A DNA stretch of 63,992 nt, filler included, from Reclinomonas americana ATCC 50394 (GCA_048213135.1; 56 parts of 56 records of this genome joined end to end with filler, not necessarily neighbours in it), one strand, 5' to 3'. Positions 12,553 through 23,929 are shown, counted from the first letter of the whole stretch. Program-made: numbers and translations. The notes: generated by a model not told the origin, from the letters alone.

Positions 12553-13068
12553 NNNNNNNNNNNNNNNNNNNNNNNNNNNNNNNNNNNNNNNNNNNNTTAA
12601 TTAATTAANNNNNNNNNNNNNNNNNNNNNNNNNNNNNNNNNNNNNNNNNNNNGCTGAATGCAACACAACGCGTGTTGACGCGCGTGCGTGCGTGTGTGCG
12701 TGGAGACGTGTGTGTATTGACCACGCGTATGTGTGACACGCAACGTTTCAGCTTGTTGAAGCACCATAGAACAGCCATGTTCTTTCGGTGTTGTGTGAGT
12801 GAGGGTCGGCGACAGCGTGCACACGAATGTTGCGAGTGGAGCGGAAAATTATGTGACTGTGTGGAATTTGCATGTTACCGCGCGTGGTCGCGCAGAGTTT
12901 TTGTTTTTTGTGGTACACTCGTCCTTAACGACCAACAGTGAGAGTAGTTTAGTGGAGGGGAAAAGGAGAGAGGGATGGAGAAAGGGCGGAAAGAGCTCGA
13001 TGGAGGGGGGGGGGCAGAGGAGCAGAGATACAGAACGAGCGCGCCAGCCGTCGGACACCTCGCAATGG

Positions 13069-13701
13069 TCACGGCATGGACGCAGAGTCGTGATTGTGTC
13101 TTGATGCCATGCTGATCAGCGACTGACGCTGTGGGGAGGGCAAGACGACAAGGGAAGAGGGACAAGAGGTGAGTTGCTTGTTCCGCGTGTGCAGGGGAGG
13201 GGGGGTGTACGCAACATCGGGAGAAATCCCAAACGACGCAATAGCTTCGTCGCCAGCCTCCGAGGCCACGCGACGCGTCACCTTGAGGTGAGCACGCTCA
13301 CGCAGCCGCTTGATTGCATCCTGCGCAGGGGCGAATCGCACCGTGAGCCACGGTGCGACAGGAATATGGGAGCACGGACACACACACACACACTGTACCT
13401 GGATCTTATTCATAATCTCCGGCTTGGACACCTCGTGTGACACGACCGGGACCATGGCGTTCCGCACCTCGGCCGCAGTGACCTCCACTGGCCTGCTGAC
13501 AGGCAACGTGCCTTTCTCTCCAAGAATGAAGGCGTGCCTCTGTGCACGACAACCAGAGTCAGAGAAGAACGACCCACCACGACGAAACCCCGGAGAAAAC
13601 ACACACACACCGTCATCTCGTCCACCGACAAGCGGCGACGCGGATCACGCTCCAGCGCCCGTTGCATAAAGTCAATGAGCTCGGCCGACACCGACGCTGG
13701 A
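13069..13701 (-). CDS. Ser/Thr protein kinase C-terminus (CaMKK-like), spliced
   Basis: VSAELIDFMQRALERDPRRRLSVDEM / HAFI (subdomains X-XI) followed by VEVTAAEVRNA, similar to the CaMKK tail. Confidence 0.6.
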
Positions 13702-13801
13702 NNNNNNNNNNNNNNNNNNNNNNNNNNNNNNNNNNNNNNNNNNNNTTAATTAATTAANNNNNNNNNNNNNNNNNNNNNNNNNNNNNNNNNNNNNNNNNNN
13801 N

Positions 13802-14120
13802 GGGGGAAGACCAAAGGGGGAAGACCAAAGGGGGAAGACCAAAGGGGGAAGACCAAAGGGGGAAGACCAAAGGGGGAAGACCAAAGGGGGAAGACCAAAG
13901 GGGGAAGACCAAAGGGGGAAGACCGAAGGGGGAAGACCGAAGGGGGAAGACCGAAGGGGGAAGACCGAAGGGGGAAGACCGAAGGGGGGAAGACCGAAGG
14001 GGGAAGACGAAGGGGAAAAGCGAAAGCGGAAGACGGAAGGGGGGAAGACGGAAGGGGGGAAGATGGAAGGGGGGAAGACGGAAGGTGGGAAGACGGAAGG
14101 GGGAAGACCGAAGGGGAAGA
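13802..14120. repeat. Purine-rich minisatellite, ~14-bp unit GGGGGAAGACC(A/G)AA, probably intronic
   Basis: Direct tandem array degenerating rightwards. Confidence 0.95.
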
Positions 14121-14198
14121 CGACAGGGGGAAGCGAAAGGAGACACTATCATCAAGAAGAAGCACGCTGAGCAACAACCTTCTCTCACGCGCACTCAC

Positions 14199-14466
14199 CT
14201 CCGGGGTCGAAACGTCGCGCGTGAGCGCGCATGCTGCATACACGTGACTGCAGCGCACTTGCATGTGCTCCACACTCACACGGATTTCGTTCACACTGGG
14301 TCGCATGAGGTTATCGAGATCCAGCAACGGCGTCACGTCCACCGGCATCATGCAGCAGCTGAAGATTTGCTTCCGCGATGTGGGCTTGGTGATGGTCGCC
14401 TGCACTGGTCGATTGTTCACACGCAGCGACACGCCCGGGCAGTCGGCAGTGGAGACGAAGATGAAA
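14199..14466 (-). CDS. Exon resembling the region upstream of the SP-RING in PIAS/ZMIZ SUMO ligases
   Basis: CPGVSLRVNNRPV..PVDVT..NEIRVSV..CSHVYAA; bounded by AG and GTGAGT. Confidence 0.35.
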
Positions 14467-14818
14467 CTGCGCGGAGAGAGAGAGGAGAAAGTGGGGAAGG
14501 GGGAAGTGAGGGAGGGGTGAGAGGGAAAGGGGGAGGGACGGTAGAAGGAGAGGAGTGGGAGACGAGAAGAGTGAAGTGGGAATTACAAAGAGGAGAGGAG
14601 AGGATGGCGGGGAAGGGAAAGGGCGAGAGAAAAAATGGGCGCGGGATGGAGCAAGAGGGGGAAGGAGAGGGAAGGGGCTCGAACAGAAATGAGAGCATAG
14701 ATAGAAAGGTGGGAGGAGAAAAAAGAGGAAAAAGGAAGGGAGAGGAGGGAAGAAGAGGGAGAAGGGAGGGTGAGAGGAGAAGGGAGGGGAAGGGAAAGAT
14801 GGAAACTGCGATGTGGAC

Positions 14819-14850
<32 letters not shown>

Positions 14851-15014
14851 NNNNNNNNNNNNNNNNNNNNNNNNNNNNNNNNNNNNNNNNNNNNTTAATT
14901 AATTAANNNNNNNNNNNNNNNNNNNNNNNNNNNNNNNNNNNNNNNNNNNNGGGAGAGAGAGAGAGAGAGAGAGATGCACTGCTGTGTGTTGTCTCTCATG
15001 CTTTCGTGGTGCAG

Positions 15015-15949
15015 GGTGGCCGGAGGACTTGCTGAAACCGTGGGAGCGCACCGATTTCCTGGCGTTTTCATCGGGCGCAGAGCTCTTTGTGTTGTCGGGC
15101 CTCGATGCCGACGGTCATGTGTTGAACGACATGTGGTCGCTGCGACTCTGTTGCGCTCCCAGTCGTCGCAGTGTGTGTCCTCCCCTCCCTGCACTCACTC
15201 GCTTTGCACGCAGTTGACTGGAAGTGGAAGCAGGTGCTGCCGGGAACGCCGGTGCAGGGGCGATATGAGAGTGCGTGTGCGCGATCGGGATCGAGCAGCT
15301 ACATTTTCGGTGGCTACGTCAGCGGTGGACCGATTGGTGTGCAGGCCACGGACTTGTTTGAGAGTTTTGATATGCGCAGGTTTGCAATGTGTGTGTGTGT
15401 TGTAGAGGGAAAGAGTGTGGTTGTCTCAAACGCAGTGCGCTCGCACACGCAGTTCCACGTTCACGAGACTGTATCCGCGCGGACGAGCACCGAGCGCTCG
15501 ATGCGGCCACTGCATGGCGGCAGTTGGATCTCGGGTGTTTTTGTTTGGTGGCTACATTCCCGAGGTATGCTGTCCTTGACCGTCTCTGGTGCCTGATAGT
15601 TTGTGCTCACGCCTGTGGGATCGCGCAGCGCAACACATTCTCCAATGAGGTACTGTTTTTTTAGTCAACTCGTGTGTGGCCGACTGTGTTGTAACTTGCT
15701 CTCCCCTCTCTTCTCTCCACCAGCTCTTTGTGTACGACATTTCGACGAACACATGGACGGTAATTGACGTCCTTTCCTTGCTGCAAGCACGAACAGCGCG
15801 TCACTGACGAATTGTTGTGTTTGTGGTACAGCCGCTCGGCAATCAGAGCGATGTTATTCCGCGCTCGGCGGCCAGCATGGACGCGTATGGCCGGTGTCTG
15901 GTGATCAGTGGCGGGTGGAATCCCATCAAGGAGGCGCTGAATGATTGTC
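15015..15949 (+). CDS. Kelch-repeat protein, spliced, partial (copy 1)
   Basis: GRYESACARSGSSSYIFGG, PSARCGHCMAAVGSRVFLFGG, LFVYDISTNTWT, PRSAASMDAYGRCLVISGG. Confidence 0.85.
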
Positions 15950-18186
15950 GTACGGCCAGTGTTGGTGCGTCGGAGTGAGAGAAAAAGGGAAGTGAAGACN
16001 NNNNNNNNNNNNNNNNNNNNNNNNNNNNNNNNNNNNNNNNNNNTTAATTAATTAANNNNNNNNNNNNNNNNNNNNNNNNNNNNNNNNNNNNNNNNNNNNT
16101 ATGTACCCGGGCAGGAAGAAGCACAGGCGCTCCACCACAAAGATGCAGGCCAGGACCTCGGACTTGGCGCCATCCATCCATCCGACTGCCGACTTGGCCA
16201 CGGCATGGGGGGAGGGTGGCGGTGAGTGAACGAAAGGCAGATCGTTGCGACAGACAAACAGCCACGCTCGATCGCGAGCTCACCGGCATGTCAATCGACA
16301 CCCACGATACGGAGGTGCAGATGAGGAATGTGGAGCACAGTGCATGCAGGAATGGCCGACGAGGATACCGCCGCTGTCGCCGCCACGAAACAATCATGTT
16401 GCGCCACGTGTTGACGACACCAAGGGCACACACGGTCAGCACAATGAGGTCCGTGGAGAAGACGGCGACGTACGACAGTCGTGGCGATTCTTTCGATTCG
16501 GGTTGACACTGGTCGTTCCAAACCAGACAGGGGACCTGCGTGGAGACCTGGCTGGGTCAGCGAGGAAGTCATCTGTGGCACCTCGTCGCTCCGCTGCGAT
16601 CGGCGCACCTCCCCCTTCCCTCCCCCTTTCCCACGTGCACGCAACAACGAGCAACACAAACTCCACGGACGCCAGCGCTGCCGAGATCGTTGCACACAAC
16701 CCATACGGAACATCGAACAGGTCCACGGACGACAGCACCGTGTTCGTTGAACTCAACAGCATCTCGCCCTCCTGCCCATCGCCCACATTGATGACCTCGT
16801 GGAAAACTGGCATGCCCCGCCGACTCCGGCTCGGCTTGATGCGAGCCGTGACCAGCATGGGGAAGAGCCAGATGAGCGTCTGCGCACTGCCTCTCATCAG
16901 CCACGCATGCGCCTGTAACGACACACTGTGTGAACGCAGACACACCTCCGCAGCCGTGAGAAAGCAGCCACCGAGAAAGTTGTGGCCCACCACCGTCAGC
17001 CGTGTCATCATCATGGCGCAGAAGGTCACCTGTCTCGCCAGCTGGTGAGTGGCCATCATGGGAGAGAATGGAGGGGACGGAGGAGGAATACCGTGCAGAA
17101 CACAAAGTACGACGTGAGCACTGCATGGGCGAGGGTGAGGGAGGGATNNNNNNNNNNNNNNNNNNNNNNNNNNNNNNNNNNNNNNNNNNNNTTAATTAAT
17201 TAANNNNNNNNNNNNNNNNNNNNNNNNNNNNNNNNNNNNNNNNNNNNCGCGCCGATCGAACGCTTGACCATGGAGAGGAGAGTCGCGTTCCAGCGCGGGG
17301 AAAATCAATAAATTCTCTCGGGGGACGCCAGGCGGAGACAACATATTTAGCGACCACGCTGATATTCCCCGCAATGAGTGATACGGCGAAGAAAACAGGA
17401 TTGCAATGCCGGTACCGCCTAACGGTGAGTCGGACGGGCTGATCGCGCTCTCGGCGCTGATTCGAATCCTATCTTCAACCTCCTCGAGCGCTCCTCTTCA
17501 ATGAGGCGAAAAGAAGACGTCGAGCTCGATATCTTGGTCCGTCGACGTCGTGCAAGATCGACGTCTCAATTTGTTCTGCTTTGTTTGTCGCGTCCTACAG
17601 CATACGGGGTAGGAGGAGAACATGGTCTGCCGTCTGCCGTTCGCATACTTGCGACCAACAAATCCATCTCTCGACGTCGAGTCCTGCTCGATTTCCCTTT
17701 GTCTCCCCCTCGCGCCATGCGCCGCGCCTCCTCCTCCTCCTCCAGCCTCTCCAGGCGGCGCACCGCATCCTCCTCCACCGACGAAGACGACGACGACGAT
17801 CTCGTCGTTGTTGCGATGGACGACTCACAAGTCGACAATGCAGGCAACGACGACGACGACGATCCCACCGAAGAAGACAACGACGACGACATTACTGTCA
17901 CAAGAACAACCGCGTCTACAGTGAGACGCCGAGGCGGGCGTGGCAGTCGCTCTCGCCTGACCACAACGCGTCGCCGAGGTCGCGGAGGCAGCACCAGTCG
18001 CGGTGGTGGTGGTGCGAGTGCACCTCCTCCTCCTCCTCCTCCTCCGCTCATGCGACTGTCATCGCTCTCTGCGGCGGCGACGCTGTCGAATCCGTCGTCC
18101 ACTGCAGCCCCAGCTGCCACAATGGCCATTGCTCCAATGCAGTCGTTGCGTGTCTCTATCACACAGCACACACACATGCGCGCGCG

Positions 18187-18204
18187 CACACACACACACA
18201 CACG

Positions 18205-18292
<88 letters not shown>
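18187..18292. repeat. (CA)n microsatellite at contig end
   Basis: Direct sequence; similar (CA)n/(GA)n tracts end many contigs. Confidence 0.95.
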
Positions 18293-18392
18293 NNNNNNNN
18301 NNNNNNNNNNNNNNNNNNNNNNNNNNNNNNNNNNNNTTAATTAATTAANNNNNNNNNNNNNNNNNNNNNNNNNNNNNNNNNNNNNNNNNNNN

Positions 18393-19114
18393 GCGGAACC
18401 GAGGGACGCTGAGGCCGTGGACGATGTGGAGTTGGCGGTGGTGAGGATCGGGCGGTGGTTGTGCAGCATCACCGAGCGCGAGCGCTGTCGGATCACTTGG
18501 CAGCCTGTGTGCGGGGGCGGCAGCGGCGGAGTGAGGATACAGAGACACAACAAAGGGTGGGTGAGAGGGTCATCAAGTGCGAGATGAAGAACAGAAAGAG
18601 AGAGAGAGGGAGAGAGAGGAGGAGGAGGAGGAGGGCGCTGAGATAAAAATCGCAGAGGGAAGGAGAGATGCGTTCGCTGTCTCTTCGTGTGCCAATGAAT
18701 CGTACCTGAGTCAAGTTCCTCGCGCTGCATGATCAGGTGATAGTTGCGAAGAAAGTCGTCCAGCGTGATGGCGCTCCCGGTGCCGGTGGTTTCGTCCATG
18801 GCGGCCATGGTGCGGTGCAAACCATACAGCGGGTCCTCGACCCACGACACCATGCGCTTCTGCTTGAGTGGATTGTCGCGGAAGGCCAGACGCACGAGAT
18901 CTTTCACGAGCATGGTGAAGTGCTGCGAGAGGGTGGCGCGAGAGGTGAGAGAGGGCCCGGGGGGATAAAGAGAAGAGAGTCGACACCCAACCTCTCGATC
19001 GACATACAGCATGTCGTCGTCGCAGTAGTGGTACCACACGGCGGAGATCTCCTCCTCACTCAACACCATGGTCTCCTCCTCTTCCTCCTCGGCGGGGGGG
19101 ACGAGCTCGGACAT
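18393..19114 (-). CDS. EF-hand-like protein N-terminus, spliced
   Basis: MSELVPP..EISAVWYHYCDDDMLYVDRE/HF and AAMDETTGTGSAITLDDFL resemble degenerate EF loops. Confidence 0.4.
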
Positions 19115-19382
19115 GGCGCCTGCGAGGGGGGAAGGGGAAAGGGGGAAGTGAGGGGAGAGAGAAGGTGAGGGGGCAGAAGAGGAGGAAAGTATAGAGAAAA
19201 TGGAGGAACGACAAAAGAGTGAGGAAGAGAAGACTGAGTGAGCAAGTCTGTGAGCGAGACGACGCAAGAGGAGCACAAGGTGATGAGCGGAGAAGACGAG
19301 AAGAACACGGAACACGCTGTAAAAGGCGAAGACTGAGGCGAGGGCAGTGGAAAAAGAGAAGACAGAGAAGAGCAATAAAACG

Positions 19383-19434
<52 letters not shown>

Positions 19435-19811
19435 ACGACGNNNNNNNNNNNNNNNNNNNNNNNNNNNNNNNNNNNNNNNNNNNNTTAATTAATTAANNNN
19501 NNNNNNNNNNNNNNNNNNNNNNNNNNNNNNNNNNNNNNNNACGAGTAGGTGGACGAGAGAGAGAGAGAGAGTGAAAAGGAGTGAAGCAGGAAGAGAGATG
19601 GAGACACAGGGCGAACGACGCAGATCGTCCAGGGATGTGCGCTTCATCGCCAACTGACGACCATGCTCCCCTCTCTCCTTCGACAGCTTCACGGGCAATC
19701 TGTTCTCGGACTTTTACTTCCCGTCGAATCGCTGCTGGTCAGTCGTCTGTCTTTGCAGCTGTGCGTGTGATTGATCGATTCGTGACCGTGATGTGCTCTT
19801 CTTCTCTCCAG

Positions 19812-20130
19812 GATGAAGTTCAAGACCGATTCCTTCTCGTACACGTGCTGGGGCTACCGATTCACAGTCACGGCCAGCATGGGTGCGCGCCTGTCGGGCA
19901 CTGCCACCGCGTCACTGGAGTCGGCACTGGCCGTGGCTGCACTGCTCATGCGACCGCGTGACATGCATCTCCCCTTGAAGCTCTTTGCCGCCATGGTCAA
20001 GAGTCTGCCACACTGCAATCCGTCCACTGCGAAGCTGATGATGCGTCGCATCACCTCCATGTTCCGCCGATGGCAGGAGTTTGACATGAACTCTGTGGAT
20101 GCGGCGATTGCCAAGAAGGATGTGGTCAAG
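19812..20130 (+). CDS. Exon of a large protein with a CUB-like motif (as in HECTD4-like proteins)
   Basis: FKTDSFSYTCWGYRFTVTA motif; AG/GT boundaries. Confidence 0.35.
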
Positions 20131-20689
20131 GTGCGGTGATGAAGGAGAAGGCGATGGGGGAAGGGGGAGGGGGGAAGAGGAAAAGGGAGGGAGAGATTGA
20201 GGGAAAGGGAGGTGGAGAGAGAGAAAGGAAAGGAGAGAGTTGAAATGGGAGGGAGAAGAAGGAGAGGGGTGAAGAAAAGAGTTGGGAGAGAGATGGATGG
20301 AGAGTGCGAGAGAGAGAGGGGGGAAGAGGAGAGAAGAGAGAGTTGAAGAGAGATGTGGTGGTGGAGAGTAAAAGGAGAGGCGCTCTTGCACTCCATGCGT
20401 CTCTCTCCAACAGCTTCTACTCTCCACCCATCTCATCTCATCTATCTCCTCAACTCACTTCGATTTTCCTCTTCCTGCTTCGGAGAGAGAACGAGGAAGG
20501 TTGAAGAAGTATTGCCTTCTGGCTCTCTGCGCCGACAATGCCCACTCTCCATCATCTTTTCTTACATTTTTGTCGCTTCCTGCTTTGCANNNNNNNNNNN
20601 NNNNNNNNNNNNNNNNNNNNNNNNNNNNNNNNNTTAATTAATTAANNNNNNNNNNNNNNNNNNNNNNNNNNNNNNNNNNNNNNNNNNNN

Positions 20690-20899
20690 GAGTGGGCGTC
20701 CGCCTGGGGGTTGTCGCCACCGCCGGTGTCGCGCGATGCGATCGCCAGGGCGGCGCGTGGCTGTTTCGAAGTCTGGGGTGGCGAGCGGCCGGCCCTACGC
20801 GGGCTCAGTGAGGCCGACGTCCTGGCCATCTACGTCGTCGCGTTCAGCGAGTCGCGGATGCGCAGCTGTCTTTCGACCCTGAGAGAGGAGGTGAACTGA
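20690..20899 (+). CDS. C-terminal end of a bacterial gene translationally coupled to the first RiPP precursor; possibly the cluster dehydrogenase
   Basis: Open from the contig edge (EWASAWGLSPPP...LSEADVLAIY...EEVN*); TGA overlaps the precursor ATG (TGATG). Confidence 0.55.
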   Translation, partial: EWASAWGLSPPPVSRDAIARAARGCFEVWGGERPALRGLSEADVLAIYVVAFSESRMRSCLSTLREEVN

Positions 20900-21030
20900 T
20901 GGTCATCACGCAGGAGAACGGATTCGATTTCGAAGAGATCGACGCTGCGGATGCTCCGAGCGCGGACTCCTTCTGGTGGGGAATGTGGTCGGGCATCATC
21001 GTCGTCGGCACCGTCGTCGCGGCCACCTGA
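20899..21030 (+). CDS. mpaA: Daptide-type RiPP precursor peptide A1 (43 aa): MVITQENGFDFEEIDAADAP-SADSFWWGMWSGIIVVGTVVAAT
   Basis: RBS GAGAGGAGGTGA; leader FEEIDAADAP; hydrophobic core; C-terminal Thr; translated by hand. Confidence 0.88.
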   Translation: MVITQENGFDFEEIDAADAPSADSFWWGMWSGIIVVGTVVAAT

Positions 21031-21089
21031 TCGGCATTCCCGTTGTGCTCTCCGGGGACAAAACCAGGACGAAGAGAGGAGGTGACCAG

Positions 21090-21212
21090 ATGGAACTCTC
21101 GCCGCAACTTCGATTCGAAGAGATCGAAGGCATGGAGGCTCCCGACTCCGACTTCTATGTCGGGTTCAAGCTCGCGATCGTGCTCGGACTCATCGCCGTG
21201 GCCGCGACCTGA
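21090..21212 (+). CDS. mpaA: Daptide-type RiPP precursor peptide A2 (40 aa): MELSPQLRFEEIEGMEAP-DSDFYVGFKLAIVLGLIAVAAT
   Basis: RBS GAGAGGAGGTGA; leader FEEIEGMEAP; hydrophobic core; C-terminal Thr. Confidence 0.9.
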   Translation: MELSPQLRFEEIEGMEAPDSDFYVGFKLAIVLGLIAVAAT

Positions 21213-21255
21213 TCGTCGGCTCTCGGCCGGATGCAACGAAGAACGGAGGTGAAAC

Positions 21256-21381
21256 GTGCAACAGAACACCACAGGACTCTGGTTCGAAGAGCTCGACGAG
21301 GCAGACGCCCCGATGAGCCCGGAGGAATGGGCCTTCAACATCATCACGTTCGGAGCAGCGCTCGCCGCTCTCGCCACGTGA
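21256..21381 (+). CDS. mpaA: Daptide-type RiPP precursor peptide A3 (41 aa, GTG start): MQQNTTGLWFEELDEADAP-MSPEEWAFNIITFGAALAALAT
   Basis: RBS CGGAGGTGA; leader FEELDEADAP; hydrophobic core; C-terminal Thr. Confidence 0.88.
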   Translation: MQQNTTGLWFEELDEADAPMSPEEWAFNIITFGAALAALAT

Positions 21382-21387
21382 CAAACG

Positions 21388-21416
21388 GTGGGCGGTCGTC
21401 GATCGCGACCGCCCAC
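21388..21416 (+). terminator. GC-rich stem-loop between the precursor array and the methyltransferase
   Basis: GTGGGCGGTCG (21388-21398) / CGACCGCCCAC (21406-21416): perfect 11-bp stem, 7-nt loop, no U-tract. Confidence 0.65.
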
Positions 21417-21448
21417 TCCATCGCACCCACCCGACGAGAGGATGACAG

Positions 21449-21734
21449 ATGGTGGATACCAGCCCACCGAAGCCGAACGCCTCAGACAGCGGTCCCCGGT
21501 GTCTCGCCACGATCCTGACCGAGGGGAGAGAGCCGGCCGATCTGTACTCCGTCGAGGGATCGCGCCTCTACGAGAGGTTCGCCGAGTTCGATGACTCGGA
21601 GCAGCGCGAACTCCTTCGCCGATTGTCCCGGGCGGACGGCGACATCCTCGAGCTGGCCGCCGGCGGCGGACGGCTCACGCTTCCCTTTCTGTCTCTCGGC
21701 CGACCCGTCGTCGGGATCGATCTGTCGCCGGAGA
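21449..21734 (+). CDS. mpaM: Class I SAM-dependent methyltransferase, N-terminal part (daptide MpaM-like)
   Basis: Motif I ILELAAGGGRLT and motif II VVGIDLSPE; GAGAGGA RBS; directly downstream of the precursors; truncated by contig end. Confidence 0.8.
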
Positions 21735-22794
21735 NNNNNNNNNNNNNNNNNNNNNNNNNNNNNNNNNNNNNNNNNNNNTTAATTAATTAANNNNNNNNNN
21801 NNNNNNNNNNNNNNNNNNNNNNNNNNNNNNNNNNAGTGCATGATGTTGCATTCGCAGGCTACTTTTGCCCATGCTGCTCCATCATCCAGTCAACGACGGC
21901 GGTGGGAGGCAGCTTGGCGGGCTCGATGGCAGGTGCTATGGTCAGTGGCATGTAATGTGCACGACGGCAGCGAGGGATCATGATGTCGATCTTTTTACTG
22001 TGATTTTTTGTAGCTGCGACAGTTGCTACGAGTACATCATGTGTGTACGTGTGTGTATGTGTGTGTGTGAGAGAGAGAGAGAAGAAGGTCAGCAAGAAGC
22101 ACGTCATCTGAGCGGAGTGAGTAGAGCACCACGAAGAGCACATGCATATGTACAGCGATTTTTCCGACAGACTTGCTTGCATTATCGATGCACACAGTCA
22201 ATTCACCCTGCAGGCAGGTGCGTATGGAGACAAGTCAGACACAGGCAGAGAGGGAGAGGAAGAGAGGGCAGCGAGAGGGAGCGATGAGAGAAGCCATATC
22301 GAGGGAAGACGAATGCAACGCTGCGCAGAGTGAGAGACATTGAGAGCAAGCATCGCTCTCGAGATGTATCCAAGTCAAAGAGAGACAGACCACATGCACA
22401 AGGCAAGCACGAACAAAACGGCGATCGAGAAGAACCAAGTTTTCGGAAATTTGATTTCGCTCCATTTTGTGCGATATCGATTCCGCGCGCGAAGAGTGTT
22501 TGCAACCCACCCGAGAAAACAACATGGAAGAAGATCCGCAGGTGACTGGTCTCTGTGACTGCTTCAAGTCCTGCAAGCTGTGGTATGTGTGGTAATGCGT
22601 GCCAATGCATGTGTGTAGTTGAAGCGATTCATTGCGTGCGTGCGCCTGTGCAGCCTTTGCGGCACGTTCTGTTGGTGTCTGGTGGCTGGCAAGAATGCAC
22701 AGATGATCTCCATGGTGCAGTCGGGTAACATTGATGTTATGGAGCTGAGCCAGAAGTGCTCGTGCTCCATTTGTGTCGAGTCGTGCCTGAGGTG

Positions 22795-22852
<58 letters not shown>

Positions 22853-23014
22853 AAGAGTGTGTGTGTGAGAGAGAGAGAGGNNNNNNNNNNNNNNNNNNNN
22901 NNNNNNNNNNNNNNNNNNNNNNNNTTAATTAATTAANNNNNNNNNNNNNNNNNNNNNNNNNNNNNNNNNNNNNNNNNNNNCCTCCCCTCCTCCTCTCCCT
23001 CCCCTCCCTTCCTC

Positions 23015-23924
23015 ATGTCCCTGGCTCCCTCTCCACTCACTCTCCTCCCCTCCAAGCGCATCACTGGTCACAGTGGCTCAGTGACTTGTGTCGCCATCAC
23101 TCCCGATGGTCAGCACATAATCTCTGGGAGTGAAGACAGGACAGTGCGCGTGTGGTCTTTGGCGACTGGAGCTGAGGTGCGACGACTGGTGGTCACTGGC
23201 GAGTGGAGAGGAGGTGAGGCGATTCGAGGGCCACACTAGTGAAGTGAACTCTGTTGCCGTCACGCCGGATGGTCAGCACGTTGTTAGTGGCAGCTGGGAC
23301 ACGACTGTTCGAGTATGGTCCCTGGAGAATGGCGCAGAAGTACGACGGATGAAGGGACATAGAGGTGAGGTGCTGTCGGTTGCCATTGCACCCGATGGAC
23401 AGCACGTTGTGAGTTGCAGTGGAGACGGGACTATGAGAGTGTGGTCGATGACGACAGGCAAGGAAGTGCGACGGTTTGAAGGACACACTCGTAACAAGTT
23501 GCACGTCTCCGTCACCCCCGACAGTGAGCACGTTGTGAGTGGAGGCAATGCTGCGGACCCGATTGTGCGAGTGTGGTCAGTGGAAGAGAGGTGCAGCAGC
23601 TGGAGGGACACGATCTGTCGGTGCGCTCTGTTGCCGTCTTACCTGATGGTCGGCATGTCGTGAGTGGTAGCTTTGACAAGACAGTGCGAGTGTGGTCCAC
23701 TCCATGTGGCCTCGCTGTGTTTGAGCTCTACACAGCACGAGCGGCAATGCGAGCCGTGCAGGAGATGCAGCGAGATGACGAGGGCGAGGACGACGAAGAG
23801 CCTGATTCTTGGTGTCTGGTGGAGATTGTGATGCGCTGCTTCATCGTGGAGGAGGCGGTGGTGGTGCTGTACCGGCGCAGCATGGAACTCGAGTCGCACT
23901 TGTGTGAGGAGACAGAGAGAAAGG

Positions 23925-23929
<5 letters not shown>
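23015..23929 (+). pseudogene. Intronless WD40-repeat gene with two frameshifting deletions
   Basis: Repeats GHxxxVxSVAxTPDGQHVVSGSxDxTVRVWSL spread over three ORFs with frame breaks at ~23190 and ~23579. Confidence 0.8.

Noticed and set aside
20844..21467. 207-aa minus-strand ORF over the precursor array, and the 78-aa ORF 20976-21212
   Set aside because: The first is an antisense shadow with no motif. The second is an upstream extension of precursor A2, whose real start (21090) has the RBS.
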